The notes: a model not told the origin generated them from the letters alone. A DNA stretch of 38,409 nt from an uncultured Actinomycetes bacterium (GCA_964647945.1 CAZYJU010000002.1:15327-53735); one strand, 5' to 3'; numbered from the stretch's first letter, positions 9,320 through 19,587 are shown. Made by a program: numbers and translations.

Positions 9320-10462
9320 TTACTTTACTGCTCCAGTGAACTTGATAGCTCCACCCTTGATTTCGAAGCCGTTCATAACGCCACCGGCGTTATCTCCGTA
9401 CTGATCGAAAGAAAGGTTGCTACCTGAGATCGACTTGCCCTTGTAGGCCTTAACGCACTTAAGCATTGCCGCGCGAGTTGAAACACCCTTTGCGATGCAG
9501 CTTAGGAATACGTTGGTTGCATCGATTGATTCTGCAGCATATGTACCTGATGAAACGCCCATCTTCTTCTTGAAATCTGCTTCAAGCTTTGCAGAGATCT
9601 CTGATAGAGGAACAGTTCCACCGGTTAGGCGTACACCTTCAAGGATTGATGAGCTAGCCAAAGTCAAAATACCTGGGCTTAGAACACCATCGCCACCAGC
9701 AAGGATTCCGGTATAACCAGAGTCACGTAGCTGACGGAAGAGTGTTGCTGCCTGTGCGTAGTAACCAGTGAAGATAACTACGTTTGCGTTTGCTGACTTA
9801 ACCTTAGAGATGGTTGCAGACCAGTCGGTTGTTGAATCTGGAACAGAATCCTTACCCGCGATCTTTGCACCGCTCTTCTCCATGTACTCAACTAGACCAA
9901 CACCGTATGGTGACTGATCGTCAATTACATAAACAACTGGTGATGAGACGCCCTTGGTCGCTAACTTGTATAGCGCTGGACCCTGAACACGGTCAGTTGG
10001 TGGTACGCGGTGGAAAACTGGGAATCCAATGTATCCCTGTGCTGGATCGGTGATTGACACACGAGTCGCAGATGGAGAGATCAATGGAAGATTTGTTTGC
10101 TTGTAGAAAGGTAGTGAGTTGATTGTTGCGCCTGAGTATGCAGGTCCAACCAAGCCGATGATCTTTTTGTTAGATGCAGTACCTGGAGCAACCTTCGCTG
10201 CTTCGGTTCCGCTTCCTTGATCGTCAACTGCAACTACATTTACCTTGTACTTGTTCTTGTACTTTGCATTGAATAGCGCAACAGCGTACTTAACGCCATT
10301 AAGTTCGTCGATACCGACCTGAGCTTCTTCACCGGTGAGTGGGCCCTGGAATGCGATAGTGACGGTCTTTGCTGCAGCACTTGATGCTGGAGCAAGCGCA
10401 ACTGCAGTTCCTGCTGCAAGCGCGATTGCGGTAGCAACAGAGATAATGCTTTGCTTCTTCAT
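9320..10462 (-). CDS. livK: Branched-chain amino acid ABC transporter substrate-binding protein (type I periplasmic binding fold)
   Basis: 380 aa. N-terminal signal peptide MKKQSIISVATAIALAAGTAVALAPASSAAA. It is the first gene of the livKHMGF-ordered cluster. Specificity is inferred from family and context only. Confidence 0.8.
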   Translation of the reverse strand: MKKQSIISVATAIALAAGTAVALAPASSAAAKTVTIAFQGPLTGEEAQVGIDELNGVKYAVALFNAKYKNKYKVNVVAVDDQGSGTEAAKVAPGTASNKKIIGLVGPAYSGATINSLPFYKQTNLPLISPSATRVSITDPAQGYIGFPVFHRVPPTDRVQGPALYKLATKGVSSPVVYVIDDQSPYGVGLVEYMEKSGAKIAGKDSVPDSTTDWSATISKVKSANANVVIFTGYYAQAATLFRQLRDSGYTGILAGGDGVLSPGILTLASSSILEGVRLTGGTVPLSEISAKLEADFKKKMGVSSGTYAAESIDATNVFLSCIAKGVSTRAAMLKCVKAYKGKSISGSNLSFDQYGDNAGGVMNGFEIKGGAIKFTGAVK

Positions 10463-10509
10463 TTATTGCCTTTCATTCATGATCATGTCCCTGGGAGAGG
10501 GAGGGGTAA

Positions 10510-10538
10510 AGGTTAATTCAGGCTCACCCTATAGACAA
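10510..10538 (-). promoter_or_regulatory. Candidate liv operon promoter
   Basis: Minus strand reads TTGTCT (10538-10533), a 17-nt spacer, then TAACCT (10515-10510). This would give a leader of about 45 nt. It is a sequence match only. Confidence 0.3.
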
Positions 10539-10594
10539 GGCAGTTTTTGGTAAAACTTAGATAACAAACGATGCTTTTTTATCTATTTTTACAT

Positions 10595-11164
10595 CTATCT
10601 ATCAATTTGGGCGCTGGGGTCGATGACGGCCATTGCGACCTCTTTCATCGAAAGGCGGCGATCCATCGCTGCTCGTTGAATCCAGGAGAAGGCTTCTGGC
10701 TCAGAGAGGTTCAGCGCTTGCATCAGAATCCCCTTTGCGCGATCAATCAATTTTCTTGTCTCTAAGCGTTCATTTAAATTTGAAACTTCGGCAGCTAACG
10801 CATTCATCTGCAGATACCGACTAGCTGCAATCTCAATCGCTGGAATCAAATCATTGATTGTAAAAGGCTTCAATATATATGCCATCACTCCTGCGGCATT
10901 AGCGCGCTCGACCAACTCACGTTGGCTAAAGGCAGTCAACATCAGCACTGGAGTTGATTTAACGATCGTCTCTGCCGCAGCTAGCCCATCCATGATCGGC
11001 ATATTGATATCTAAGATCGCTAAATCGGGATTATGTTTTTGATTTAGATTAATCGCCTCTTGGCCATTGCTAGCTTCTGCAACGACTTCATAGCCTGCCT
11101 CGCGCAACATCTCAACGAGATCTAGGCGAATTAACGCCTCGTCTTCGGCGACGAGAATCTTCAT
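10595..11164 (-). CDS. pdtaR: Response regulator with ANTAR RNA-binding output domain, PdtaR-like
   Basis: 189 aa. Receiver domain MKILVAEDEALIRLDL and DLAILDINMPIMDG. C-terminal ANTAR helices LETRKLIDRAKGILMQALNLSEPEAFSWIQRAAMDRRLSM. Confidence 0.85.
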   Translation of the reverse strand: MKILVAEDEALIRLDLVEMLREAGYEVVAEASNGQEAINLNQKHNPDLAILDINMPIMDGLAAAETIVKSTPVLMLTAFSQRELVERANAAGVMAYILKPFTINDLIPAIEIAASRYLQMNALAAEVSNLNERLETRKLIDRAKGILMQALNLSEPEAFSWIQRAAMDRRLSMKEVAMAVIDPSAQIDR

Positions 11165-11165
11165 G

Positions 11166-11238
11166 TGCCCCGAGTCGGATTCGAACCGACACTATGCAGT
11201 GTTTGAGACTGCCCTCTCTACCGTTGGAGTACCGAGGC
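11166..11238 (-). tRNA. 73-nt tRNA with anticodon CAA (nominally Leu) and a short 5-nt variable loop
   Basis: Manual cloverleaf on the minus strand:
- acceptor GCCUCGG/UCGGGGC, with two G-U pairs
- D arm CUC(C)-AACGGUAG-(A)GAG
- anticodon stem GCAGU/ACUGC with loop CUCAAAC
- variable loop AUAGU
- T arm GUCGG-UUCGAAU-CCGAC
- discriminator A, with no encoded CCA. Confidence 0.85.
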
Positions 11239-11281
11239 GCAACTTATTTAACGAAGTTTATGCGATGAATGCAGCAGAAAT

Positions 11282-12724
11282 CTAATTGCGATATGCAGCA
11301 GCGCGACCACCGATGGCATCGCCAATTACATGCACTCGCACCGCATTGGTGGAACCTGGGATTCCGGGGGGCGCGCCCGCAACGATGACCACGGTATCGC
11401 CAATCTGCGCTTCACCATGTTCAATCAACCATTGATCAACTTGCTTGACCATGTCATCGGTGTGAGCAACAGTTGGAACAATTCCGGGTTCAACTCCCCA
11501 AGAGAGCGCGAGTCGATTGTAAGTACCTTCTACAGGAGTAAGTGCCAAGATTGGGATCGCATTTCTGAACATCGCCATACGCCTCGCGGATTCTCCACTC
11601 TCAGTGAAGGCCACTAAATATTTGGCATTTAAAGTATCTCCGATCTCAGTTGCCGCCTTAGTGATTGCTCCACCTTTGGTAGTTGGCTTGGCATCTAACG
11701 CAGTGATTCGATCTAAAGCTTTTGATTCAGTGTGTTCGATGATTCGAGCCATTGTTTTGACAGATTCAATTGCAAAATCACCGACTGATGTCTCACCGGA
11801 TAACATCAAGGCATCCGCACCATCTAAAACCGCATTTGCACAATCTGTTGCTTCGGCACGAGTTGGTGTGCTGTTTGTAATCATCGAATCAAGCATCTGG
11901 GTCGCCACAATTACAGGCTTTGCAGCAGCACGCGCCAAAGCTACGCAGCGCTTCTGAACCAATGGCACCTCTTCAATTGGAAGTTCGACTCCAAGGTCGC
12001 CTCGAGCCACCATGATCCCATCGAATGCAGCCACAATCTCTTCTAGTTTTTCGACCGCTTGTGGCTTCTCAATTTTTGCAATAACTGGAAGACGAACGCC
12101 AACTTCATCCATAATTTTATGTACATCGTTAATGTCTTTAGCATCTCTAACAAAAGAGAGCGCAATAAAGTCGACACCTGCACGTAATCCCCAGCGCAAA
12201 TCCTCCATGTCTTTTTCTGAGAGCGCTGGCACTGAAACTGCTACACCTGGAAGATTAATACCTTTATTGTTAGAAACCATTCCTGGTTCGATGCACTTAG
12301 TTACGACGTCGTTACCTTTTACTTCAACTACTTCGACAGTGACTTTGCCATCATCAATTAATAGCCGATCTCCCGGTTTGCAATCACCTGGAAGACCTTT
12401 AAATGTTGTACTAACTCGCTCTTTGGTTCCGGCAATTTCTTCAGTGGTAATTGTGAAAATATCACCGCGCGATAATTCATGAGGACCATCTGCGAATTTA
12501 CCTAATCGAATTTTCGGGCCCTGTAAATCCACAAGGATTGCAACTGGACGATTTGCTTCTTTGGCAGCTCTTCGCACTCGATCCAATCGATTTTGGTGTT
12601 CTTCATAACTGCCGTGAGAGAGATTTAGGCGAGCCATATTCATCCCCGCTTCGATCAATAACTTGACCCGTTCCGGCGCTTCAACAGCTGGGCCCATAGT
12701 GCATACGATCTTCGCGCGGCGCAT
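11282..12724 (-). CDS. pyk: Pyruvate kinase
   Basis: 480 aa with MRRAKIVCTMGPA, LNLSHG, MVARGDLGVELP and a C-terminal regulatory domain. Confidence 0.95.
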   Translation of the reverse strand: MRRAKIVCTMGPAVEAPERVKLLIEAGMNMARLNLSHGSYEEHQNRLDRVRRAAKEANRPVAILVDLQGPKIRLGKFADGPHELSRGDIFTITTEEIAGTKERVSTTFKGLPGDCKPGDRLLIDDGKVTVEVVEVKGNDVVTKCIEPGMVSNNKGINLPGVAVSVPALSEKDMEDLRWGLRAGVDFIALSFVRDAKDINDVHKIMDEVGVRLPVIAKIEKPQAVEKLEEIVAAFDGIMVARGDLGVELPIEEVPLVQKRCVALARAAAKPVIVATQMLDSMITNSTPTRAEATDCANAVLDGADALMLSGETSVGDFAIESVKTMARIIEHTESKALDRITALDAKPTTKGGAITKAATEIGDTLNAKYLVAFTESGESARRMAMFRNAIPILALTPVEGTYNRLALSWGVEPGIVPTVAHTDDMVKQVDQWLIEHGEAQIGDTVVIVAGAPPGIPGSTNAVRVHVIGDAIGGRAAAYRN

Positions 12725-12773
12725 CTTCTATTCTCTACTCTCTTCTATATTCTCAATTGCAAAAGTTACACGG

Positions 12774-14228
12774 TTAAACGGTTAGTGGCCTTGAGGTTGG
12801 TTCAATAGGAGCTGGCAATTGAGTACCACCAGTTAAATACCGATCCACGGCACTTGCAGCGCTTCTACCTTCCGCGATTGCCCAAACGATCAGAGACTGT
12901 CCGCGACCAGCATCGCCTGCCACGAAGATGCCTTCTTCGGAGCTTTGAAAATTCTCGTCGCGCTTTATATTTCCACGTTCATCAATTTGTACTTCTAGTT
13001 GTTTAATCAATTCGTTCTGTTCTGGACCAGTAAAACCCATAGCCATAAATACAAAATCAGCTGGAAGATCTTGTTCGGTACCAGGAACGGGTTCGAATTT
13101 ACCATTTTCGAATTTAACTTCTGCAATTCGAAGGGCCTTTAAATTGCCTTCGCCATCACCGATAAATTCTTGGGTGTTTACGCTGAACACGCGATTATCA
13201 AGTTCTTCATGCGCACTGGATACTCGATAGATCATCGGGTAGGTCGGCCAAGGTTGTGTTGAAGGTCTTTCATCTGAAGGTCTTGGCATAATTTCAAGTT
13301 GGGTAACAGATGTTGCACCTTGTCTAATTGCAGTTCCAAGACAATCCGCGCCAGTATCTCCCCCGCCAATTACTACGACATTTTTACCTTTGACATTAAT
13401 TGGCGGCTCTGAAACTTCACCCAAACTTTGCTTATTGCCCCAAGGAAGATATTCCATCGCTTGATAAACACCTTTTAGTTCGCGACCAGGAATATTTAAA
13501 TCTCGCCACTTGGTCGCACCAACCGCTAATACAATCGCGTCATAACGTTTACGAAGATCCTCGCCGGTGATATCTACACCTACATTTACATTTGGACGGA
13601 AGCGAGTTCCCTCCTTCTCCATCTGGCGTAAACGACGATCTACCACCCACTTCTCCATTTTGAATTCTGGAATTCCGTAACGGAGCAATCCACCTATCTT
13701 CTCTGCACGTTCGAAAACTGCCACGGTATGCCCAGCTCTCGTTAATTGTTGCGCAGCTGCCAAACCTGCTGGCCCAGAACCAATCACCGCAACTGTCTTT
13801 CCACTTAAACGTGAAGGAATTAGCGGTTTGATTGAATCGTTGCCAAATGCCTCTTCTACTGTGCGAAGTTCGATTTGTTTGATGGTAACTGCATCTTGGT
13901 TGATCGCAACTACACAAGCAGTTTCGCAAGGTGCAGGACATAAACGACCGGTGAATTCTGGAAAATTATTGGTCGCATGTAATCGATCAATTGCCGAGTC
14001 GTAATCCCCGCGATACATCAGGTCATTCCACTCTGGAATCAAATTGCCAAGTGGGCATCCTTGATGGCAGAAAGGAATGCCACAATCCATGCATCTAGAT
14101 GCTTGGCCACGTAAATGATCAATTGATTGCGGTTCGTAGACCTCTTTCCAATCAAGAATTCGAACATCCACTGGTCGACGCTTTGGAGTCTCACGCGGAA
14201 CATTTAGGAAGCCTCTCGGGTTACCCAT
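12774..14228 (-). CDS. gltD: Glutamate synthase (NADPH) small subunit
   Basis: 484 aa. Fe-S cysteine cluster [14 protein letters not shown], dinucleotide fold [14 protein letters not shown]. 8-nt overlap with the upstream gltB. Confidence 0.93.
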   Translation of the reverse strand: MGNPRGFLNVPRETPKRRPVDVRILDWKEVYEPQSIDHLRGQASRCMDCGIPFCHQGCPLGNLIPEWNDLMYRGDYDSAIDRLHATNNFPEFTGRLCPAPCETACVVAINQDAVTIKQIELRTVEEAFGNDSIKPLIPSRLSGKTVAVIGSGPAGLAAAQQLTRAGHTVAVFERAEKIGGLLRYGIPEFKMEKWVVDRRLRQMEKEGTRFRPNVNVGVDITGEDLRKRYDAIVLAVGATKWRDLNIPGRELKGVYQAMEYLPWGNKQSLGEVSEPPINVKGKNVVVIGGGDTGADCLGTAIRQGATSVTQLEIMPRPSDERPSTQPWPTYPMIYRVSSAHEELDNRVFSVNTQEFIGDGEGNLKALRIAEVKFENGKFEPVPGTEQDLPADFVFMAMGFTGPEQNELIKQLEVQIDERGNIKRDENFQSSEEGIFVAGDAGRGQSLIVWAIAEGRSAASAVDRYLTGGTQLPAPIEPTSRPLTV

Positions 14229-17200
14229 TTGCGATCGCCTCCATTACATACTTATCTACATCTAAGCCCTTTTCGGTAGCGACCTTTATCGCCTCTAGGA
14301 CTTTTGCATAATCTCGTGGAAGTATCAAAGTAAATCGCTTTACATCCCAATTCTTGATTAAGCCTTCGGCAATCTTTGATCCAGTCTCAGCAGCAAACTT
14401 TGACACTAATGACTTCAATTCAACTTCACGTTCGCCATTAACAGGAAGTAAATCAACTAATTCGGTATTTACTAACTCTGGTTTTAGATCCAATACATAT
14501 GCAACGCCACCTGACATACCCGCTGCAAGATTTCGCCCAGTTTGGCCAAGGATTACAACTTTGCCCCCAGTCATGTATTCAAGCGCGTGATCACCGACTC
14601 CTTCGACAACTGCAGTTGCCCCTGAGTTTCGAACACAGAATCGCTCTCCGACCAATCCACGAACAAAGATTTCACCGCTAGTTGCGCCATATCCGATTAC
14701 ATTTCCGGCAATTACATTCTCTTCAGATTTAAATATCGCGCGCTCATCAGGTCGAAGGATTATTCGACCGCCTGAGATTCCTTTACCGACGTAATCATTG
14801 CTATCGCCATATAAACGGATTGTTAAACCGCGCGGGATAAATGCTCCAAGTGATTGCCCTGCAGATCCATGTAGCGTCACATTGATAGAGTCGTCAGGAA
14901 GTCCTGCGCCTTTATATCTGCGGGTGATCTCCGCACCAAGCATGGTTCCGACAGTTCGATTCACATTTCTAACTGGTAGATCGATGTTTGTCTGTTCACC
15001 CGTTTCAAGTGCGGACTTGGCCAATTCAATCAATTTATTATCAAGCGCCGCTGCTAAACCATGATCCTGGGATCTGGTGTTATGAAGTGGTGAATCTACA
15101 TCTGGCCTAACTAGAAGAGGTGAAAGGTCTAAGCCACTTGCCTTCCAGTGATCAATTGCATCTTTGGTATCCAAATATTCGACATGTCCGACTGCTTCTT
15201 TGATACTGCGGAAACCAAGTTGCGCTAGAAGTTCGCGGACCTCTTCAGCTATGTACTCAAAGAAAGTCTCAACGAACTCTGGCTTGCCAGAGAATCTTGC
15301 TCGTAGCTCTGGGTTCTGTGTAGCTACTCCAACTGGGCAGGTATCTAAATGGCAAACGCGCATCATGATGCAGCCGGATACAACTAGCGGTGCAGTTGCG
15401 AAACCAAATTCCTCGGCCCCAAGTAGCGCTGCAATGATTACATCGCGTCCAGTTTTTAATTGACCATCAGTTTGAACGACGATTCGATCGCGTAATTTAT
15501 TCAACAATAAAGTCTGTTGCGTCTCGGCAAGGCCTAGTTCCCACGGTGCACCGGCATGCTTTAGCGAAGTAAGTGGTGATGCGCCAGTTCCGCCATCATG
15601 ACCAGAGATCAAAACCACATCTGCATGCGCTTTAGATACTCCTGCAGCAACAGTTCCCACGCCAACTTCAGCTACCAACTTCACATGGATGCGAGCATCT
15701 TTATTTGAATTCTTAAGATCATGAATTAGCTGTGCTAAATCTTCAATTGAATAGATATCGTGATGTGGCGGTGGTGAGATCAATCCAACACCCGTAGTCG
15801 AATGGCGCACCTTTGCTACCCACGGATAAACCTTGTTTCCTGGCAACTGTCCACCTTCGCCAGGTTTTGCACCTTGTGCGATCTTGATTTGAATATCATC
15901 CGAATTAACCAGGTATTCACTGGTAACTCCGAAGCGACCAGAGGCAACTTGTTTGATTGCAGAGCGTTTGGAATCACCATTTGGCAGCGGTGTAAATCGC
16001 GCTGGGTCTTCTCCGCCTTCACCGGTATTTGATTTACCACCTAAACGGTTCATTGCGATAGCTAGAGTTTCATGCGCCTCTTGGGAGATTGAACCAAAAC
16101 TCATCGCGCCAGTTGAGAAGCGTTTGACGATCTCACTTACCGGCTCGACTTCATCGATAGAAATTGGTTGACGTAAACCATCTTTAAATTTGAATAGACC
16201 ACGCAAGGTCATCAATCGTCTGCTCTGTTCGTCAACTCTCGAGGTGTAGCGCTTAAAGATATCGAATCTCTTGTTGCGTGTTGAGTGCTGCAATGTAAAT
16301 ACAGTCTCTGGATCAAATAGGTGTGGTTCGCCTTCACGACGCCATTGATATTCGCCGCCGATTGGTAGACGTTTCGCACCAGGAATCTCTCCACCTGGTG
16401 GGTAGGCAACGTGATGTCGTTTAGCAACCTCTTTTGCCAACGTATCTAAAGTAATTCCACCTAACCTTGATGTAGTTCCGGTAAAGAATTCGTCAACGAC
16501 TTCTTGAGATAAACCGATTGCTTCGAAAACTTGGGCTCCGGTGTAAGAGGCGATGGTCGAAATACCCATCTTCGACATTACTTTAAGGACACCCTTGCCA
16601 AGAGCTTTAATTAGATTCTTAACTGCCTTCTCAGCAGTGATATCGGTGATTACACCTTGATTTACCAAATCTTCCGCAGATTCCATGGCTAGATATGGAT
16701 TAACAGCGCCTGCACCATATCCAATCAATAATGCAACGTGATGAACTTCGCGGACATCACCTGCTTCAACAATCAAACCTACTTTGGTGCGAGTCTTCTC
16801 GCGAATCAAATGATGATGAATAGCTGCAGTTAAAAGAAGGGATGGAATCGGAGCGTTATCTGCATCTCCATCACGATCTGAAAGCACAATGATGCGTGCA
16901 CCTTCTGCAATTGCTTTGGAAACTTCTGCCTTTATCTCTTCGATTCGCTTACGAAGTCCAGAGCCATCCGCTTCAACCGGGAAAAGTCCCTTCACAACAT
17001 ATGACTCTAAGCCTGGATAATCACCATCCACGTTGGCATGAATTAATTTTGCAAGTTCATCATTATCAATCACTGGAAATGCGATGCCTACTTGGCGACA
17101 TGAGTTTGGCCCTGGATCCAAGAGATTCCATTCTGGGCCAACTGCAGAACCAAGTGATGTAACCAACTCTTCGCGAATTGCATCTAAAGGCGGATTGGTA

Positions 17201-18729
17201 ACTTGCGCAAATAACTGTGAGAAATAATCAAACATCAATCTCGGTTTCTCAGATAGCGCTGCGATTGGCGTATCGGTACCCATCGAGCCAAGTGGCTCCG
17301 CGCCACCTTTCGCCATTGGAGTGATGATTAAACGAATCTCTTCTTCTGTATAACCAAAAGCTTTCTGTCTGCGAATAACTGATGCATGCGGATAAATAAT
17401 ATGTTCGCGCTCTGGGAGATCTTTGAGGCGAATCATCCCCTCTTCCAGCCACTGCCCGTATGGTTTTTCGTTAGCCAGATTATCTTTGATCTCATCATCT
17501 TCAATAATGCGACCAGCTTCGATATCAACCAAGAACATCTTGCCCGGTTGTAGGCGTCCTTTACGAATTACTTTCTCTTGTGGAATATCTAGAACTCCAA
17601 CTTCAGATGCTAAAACCACGTAACCATCTTCGGTTACCCAGAATCTAGATGGGCGTAAACCATTTCGATCTAGAACTGCACCGACTTGTTTTCCATCTGT
17701 GAAAGTTACGCATGCTGGACCATCCCAAGCTTCCATAAGTGCAGCATGGAATGCATAGAAATCCCTGCGATTCTTCGGCATCGAACTGTGATTCTCCCAA
17801 GCTTCAGGGATCATCATCAAAACTGCATGTGGCAAGGTGCGGCCACCTAAGTAGAGCAGCTCTAGCACTTCATCAAATGAAGCGGAATCAGAGCCCGCCA
17901 TATCTACGATTGGGAAAATACGTTCCAGATCTCCTGGGATCAACTCTGATTTCAGTAACTCTTCGCGAGCCCGCATCCAATTTCGATTTCCTTTTACGGT
18001 ATTGATCTCACCGTTATGCGCGATGTAGCGATATGGATGTGAAAGTTGCCAAGAAGGAAAGGTATTAGTTGAGAATCTAGAGTGCACAATGGCCAAAGGC
18101 GATTTGACTCTTTCATCGCTTAAATCAGGATAGAACTTACTTAGTTGTCCAGTAGTCAACATTCCTTTGTAGACAATGGTGGCAGTTGATAGTGAAGGAA
18201 AATAGACTGGCAGTGAGTGTTCTACTCGCTTGCGGAAACAGAATGCCATTCGATCAAGTTCAAGTCCTGACTCTTGATTCTTGCCTGCAATAAATAAAGT
18301 TTCGAAATTTGGCATGACCGCAACTGCTGTCTTTCCAAGTGGCGCAGGATTGATTGGAACTTTGCGCCAACCCAAGATCACTAAATTCTCTTCGGTAGCG
18401 ATCTTCTCAATCTCGGCGCGGACATTTGCACCTTGTTCGATAAATGCAATTCCGGCAGCGTAACTACCAAACTCAGGAAGTTTGAAATCAACAACTGATT
18501 GGAAGAACTCATCGGGAATTCGAATTAAGATTCCGGCGCCATCGCCTGTATCTGGCTCTGCACCAGTTGCACCGCGGTGCTCCATATTTTCAAGTGCCTG
18601 CAAGGCCTTAGCAACAATTTCATGTTCGGCTTTACCTTTTAGAGTGGCCACCATGGCAACGCCGCAAGCATCATGTTCGTTGGCAGGGTCATATAAACCA
18701 ATTGCTTTTGGATAATTATTTGAAAGCAA
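14221..18729 (-). CDS. gltB: Glutamate synthase large subunit
   Basis: 1502 aa. Ntn amidotransferase Cys in DACGVAM after a short propeptide, FMN/synthase domain [10 protein letters not shown], and a C-terminal GXGXG beta-helix domain. TTG start has GGAG 6 nt upstream. Confidence 0.95.
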   Translation of the reverse strand: MLSNNYPKAIGLYDPANEHDACGVAMVATLKGKAEHEIVAKALQALENMEHRGATGAEPDTGDGAGILIRIPDEFFQSVVDFKLPEFGSYAAGIAFIEQGANVRAEIEKIATEENLVILGWRKVPINPAPLGKTAVAVMPNFETLFIAGKNQESGLELDRMAFCFRKRVEHSLPVYFPSLSTATIVYKGMLTTGQLSKFYPDLSDERVKSPLAIVHSRFSTNTFPSWQLSHPYRYIAHNGEINTVKGNRNWMRAREELLKSELIPGDLERIFPIVDMAGSDSASFDEVLELLYLGGRTLPHAVLMMIPEAWENHSSMPKNRRDFYAFHAALMEAWDGPACVTFTDGKQVGAVLDRNGLRPSRFWVTEDGYVVLASEVGVLDIPQEKVIRKGRLQPGKMFLVDIEAGRIIEDDEIKDNLANEKPYGQWLEEGMIRLKDLPEREHIIYPHASVIRRQKAFGYTEEEIRLIITPMAKGGAEPLGSMGTDTPIAALSEKPRLMFDYFSQLFAQVTNPPLDAIREELVTSLGSAVGPEWNLLDPGPNSCRQVGIAFPVIDNDELAKLIHANVDGDYPGLESYVVKGLFPVEADGSGLRKRIEEIKAEVSKAIAEGARIIVLSDRDGDADNAPIPSLLLTAAIHHHLIREKTRTKVGLIVEAGDVREVHHVALLIGYGAGAVNPYLAMESAEDLVNQGVITDITAEKAVKNLIKALGKGVLKVMSKMGISTIASYTGAQVFEAIGLSQEVVDEFFTGTTSRLGGITLDTLAKEVAKRHHVAYPPGGEIPGAKRLPIGGEYQWRREGEPHLFDPETVFTLQHSTRNKRFDIFKRYTSRVDEQSRRLMTLRGLFKFKDGLRQPISIDEVEPVSEIVKRFSTGAMSFGSISQEAHETLAIAMNRLGGKSNTGEGGEDPARFTPLPNGDSKRSAIKQVASGRFGVTSEYLVNSDDIQIKIAQGAKPGEGGQLPGNKVYPWVAKVRHSTTGVGLISPPPHHDIYSIEDLAQLIHDLKNSNKDARIHVKLVAEVGVGTVAAGVSKAHADVVLISGHDGGTGASPLTSLKHAGAPWELGLAETQQTLLLNKLRDRIVVQTDGQLKTGRDVIIAALLGAEEFGFATAPLVVSGCIMMRVCHLDTCPVGVATQNPELRARFSGKPEFVETFFEYIAEEVRELLAQLGFRSIKEAVGHVEYLDTKDAIDHWKASGLDLSPLLVRPDVDSPLHNTRSQDHGLAAALDNKLIELAKSALETGEQTNIDLPVRNVNRTVGTMLGAEITRRYKGAGLPDDSINVTLHGSAGQSLGAFIPRGLTIRLYGDSNDYVGKGISGGRIILRPDERAIFKSEENVIAGNVIGYGATSGEIFVRGLVGERFCVRNSGATAVVEGVGDHALEYMTGGKVVILGQTGRNLAAGMSGGVAYVLDLKPELVNTELVDLLPVNGEREVELKSLVSKFAAETGSKIAEGLIKNWDVKRFTLILPRDYAKVLEAIKVATEKGLDVDKYVMEAIANG

Positions 18730-18820
18730 GGTGGTCTCCGGATTCCCTGATTAACTAAACCAACATGGAGGGACAACCTTGGCCCGTCTTGAAGTGGATA
18801 AGGTTAGCAAGAAGCAGGTC

Positions 18821-18838
18821 GAAATCGGTAAAGATTTC
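18821..18838. promoter_or_regulatory. 6-6-6 inverted repeat upstream of gltB, a candidate operator
   Basis: GAAATC-ggtaaa-GATTTC with perfect 6-bp arms, 92-109 nt upstream of the gltB start inside the 141-nt VIT-gltB spacer. Confidence 0.3.
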
Positions 18839-18870
18839 TGAAGCGTTTGGGCTGCTTTGTCCTAGTTCCG

Positions 18871-19581
18871 TTAGAGGCCAATAGTGTGCGCAAAGGAACC
18901 GATAGCCCCCGTCACCGCCATTCCGATGATGCCACCCAAAACTACTCTTGAGGTCGCCTTAAATACATCGGTACCAGCGGTCTTGGCGCTGATGATTCCG
19001 GCGATTGTTAGCCCCACGATCGTAACCACTGTGATTCGAATCGAATTGCTCTCTATAAATGGCAAGTAGAAACCAAAGAAAGGAATCAGTCCACCAAATG
19101 TGAAGCTTAGGGCTGATGCAATAGATGCTTGAACTGGCCTTGCTTTCGTGTGTTCGTGTTGGCCAAGCTCATCTCTTAAATGCGTCTCGAGTGCATCATG
19201 AGCATGCATCTGCTCCGCAACTTGCTTAGCCAAATCTTCAGTCAAACCACGTGCCATGTAAATCTGCACTAATTCTAAAAATTCACCTTCAGGGTTGGTG
19301 GCATGCTGATCAGCTTCAAGTTCGCGATCTGATTTTTCAATATCAACTTGCGACCATACCGACACATATTCGCCTACCGCCATTGAAAGTGCGCCAGCTG
19401 CAATTCCAGCTAAACCAGTAGTGAGAATGACGCTATTACTCTGCATAGCAGCCGCAACACCAACCATCAATGAAGCGGTTGAAACCAATCCATCATTTAC
19501 ACCTAGTACTGCTGCGCGCAACCAACCTGCGCGATGTGCTCTATGTTCTTGATTACGGCGCATCGTCTCGTTTAAAGGCAT
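18871..19581 (-). CDS. VIT1/CCC1-family (Fe/Mn) transporter
   Basis: 236 aa. N-terminal GVNDGLVSTASLMVGVAAA motif, a central acidic cytosolic helical segment and C-terminal TM helices. Confidence 0.8.
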   Translation of the reverse strand: MPLNETMRRNQEHRAHRAGWLRAAVLGVNDGLVSTASLMVGVAAAMQSNSVILTTGLAGIAAGALSMAVGEYVSVWSQVDIEKSDRELEADQHATNPEGEFLELVQIYMARGLTEDLAKQVAEQMHAHDALETHLRDELGQHEHTKARPVQASIASALSFTFGGLIPFFGFYLPFIESNSIRITVVTIVGLTIAGIISAKTAGTDVFKATSRVVLGGIIGMAVTGAIGSFAHTIGL

Positions 19582-19587
19582 GCTTAC

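Noticed and set aside
10463-10489. 7-codon uORF (ATG ATC ATG AAT GAA AGG CAA TAA) ending immediately before the livK ATG, as a possible Ile/Met-sensing leader peptide
   Set aside because: It has only one Ile codon and no run of regulatory codons. There is no properly spaced ribosome-binding site for the uORF, and no alternative terminator/antiterminator hairpins. It also contains the livK Shine-Dalgarno-like GAAAGG, so it is most likely coincidental.
10493-10506. G-quadruplex on the plus strand (GGGAGAGGGAGGGG)
   Set aside because: There are only three runs of three or more G. The fourth run is GG after a 4-nt gap, so the canonical G4 rule is not met. I treated it instead as a C-rich tract in the minus-strand liv leader.
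11166-11281. The tRNA gene as an integration hotspot flanking a genomic island
   Set aside because: No integrase, no direct repeat of the tRNA 3' end and no compositional break. The neighbours on both sides (pyk and pdtaR) are core genes.
12012-12482. 156-aa plus-strand ORF antisense to pyk. Similar long shadow ORFs occur at 4400-4846 (antisense to polA), 11604-11957, 14798-15463, 5955-6299 and elsewhere.
   Set aside because: These are Ser/Thr/Pro/Arg-rich low-complexity translations lying entirely inside strongly supported genes on the opposite strand. They have no Shine-Dalgarno or promoter context, which is typical of mirror-frame ORFs.
13549-13941. 130-aa same-strand alternative-frame ORF inside gltD. 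A similar 84-aa ORF lies at 55-309 inside the 3' end of rpsA.
   Set aside because: They are embedded in well-conserved domains of gltD and rpsA. The translations are Cys/Arg/Ser-rich nonsense with no recognisable motifs, and there is no evidence for overlapping coding.
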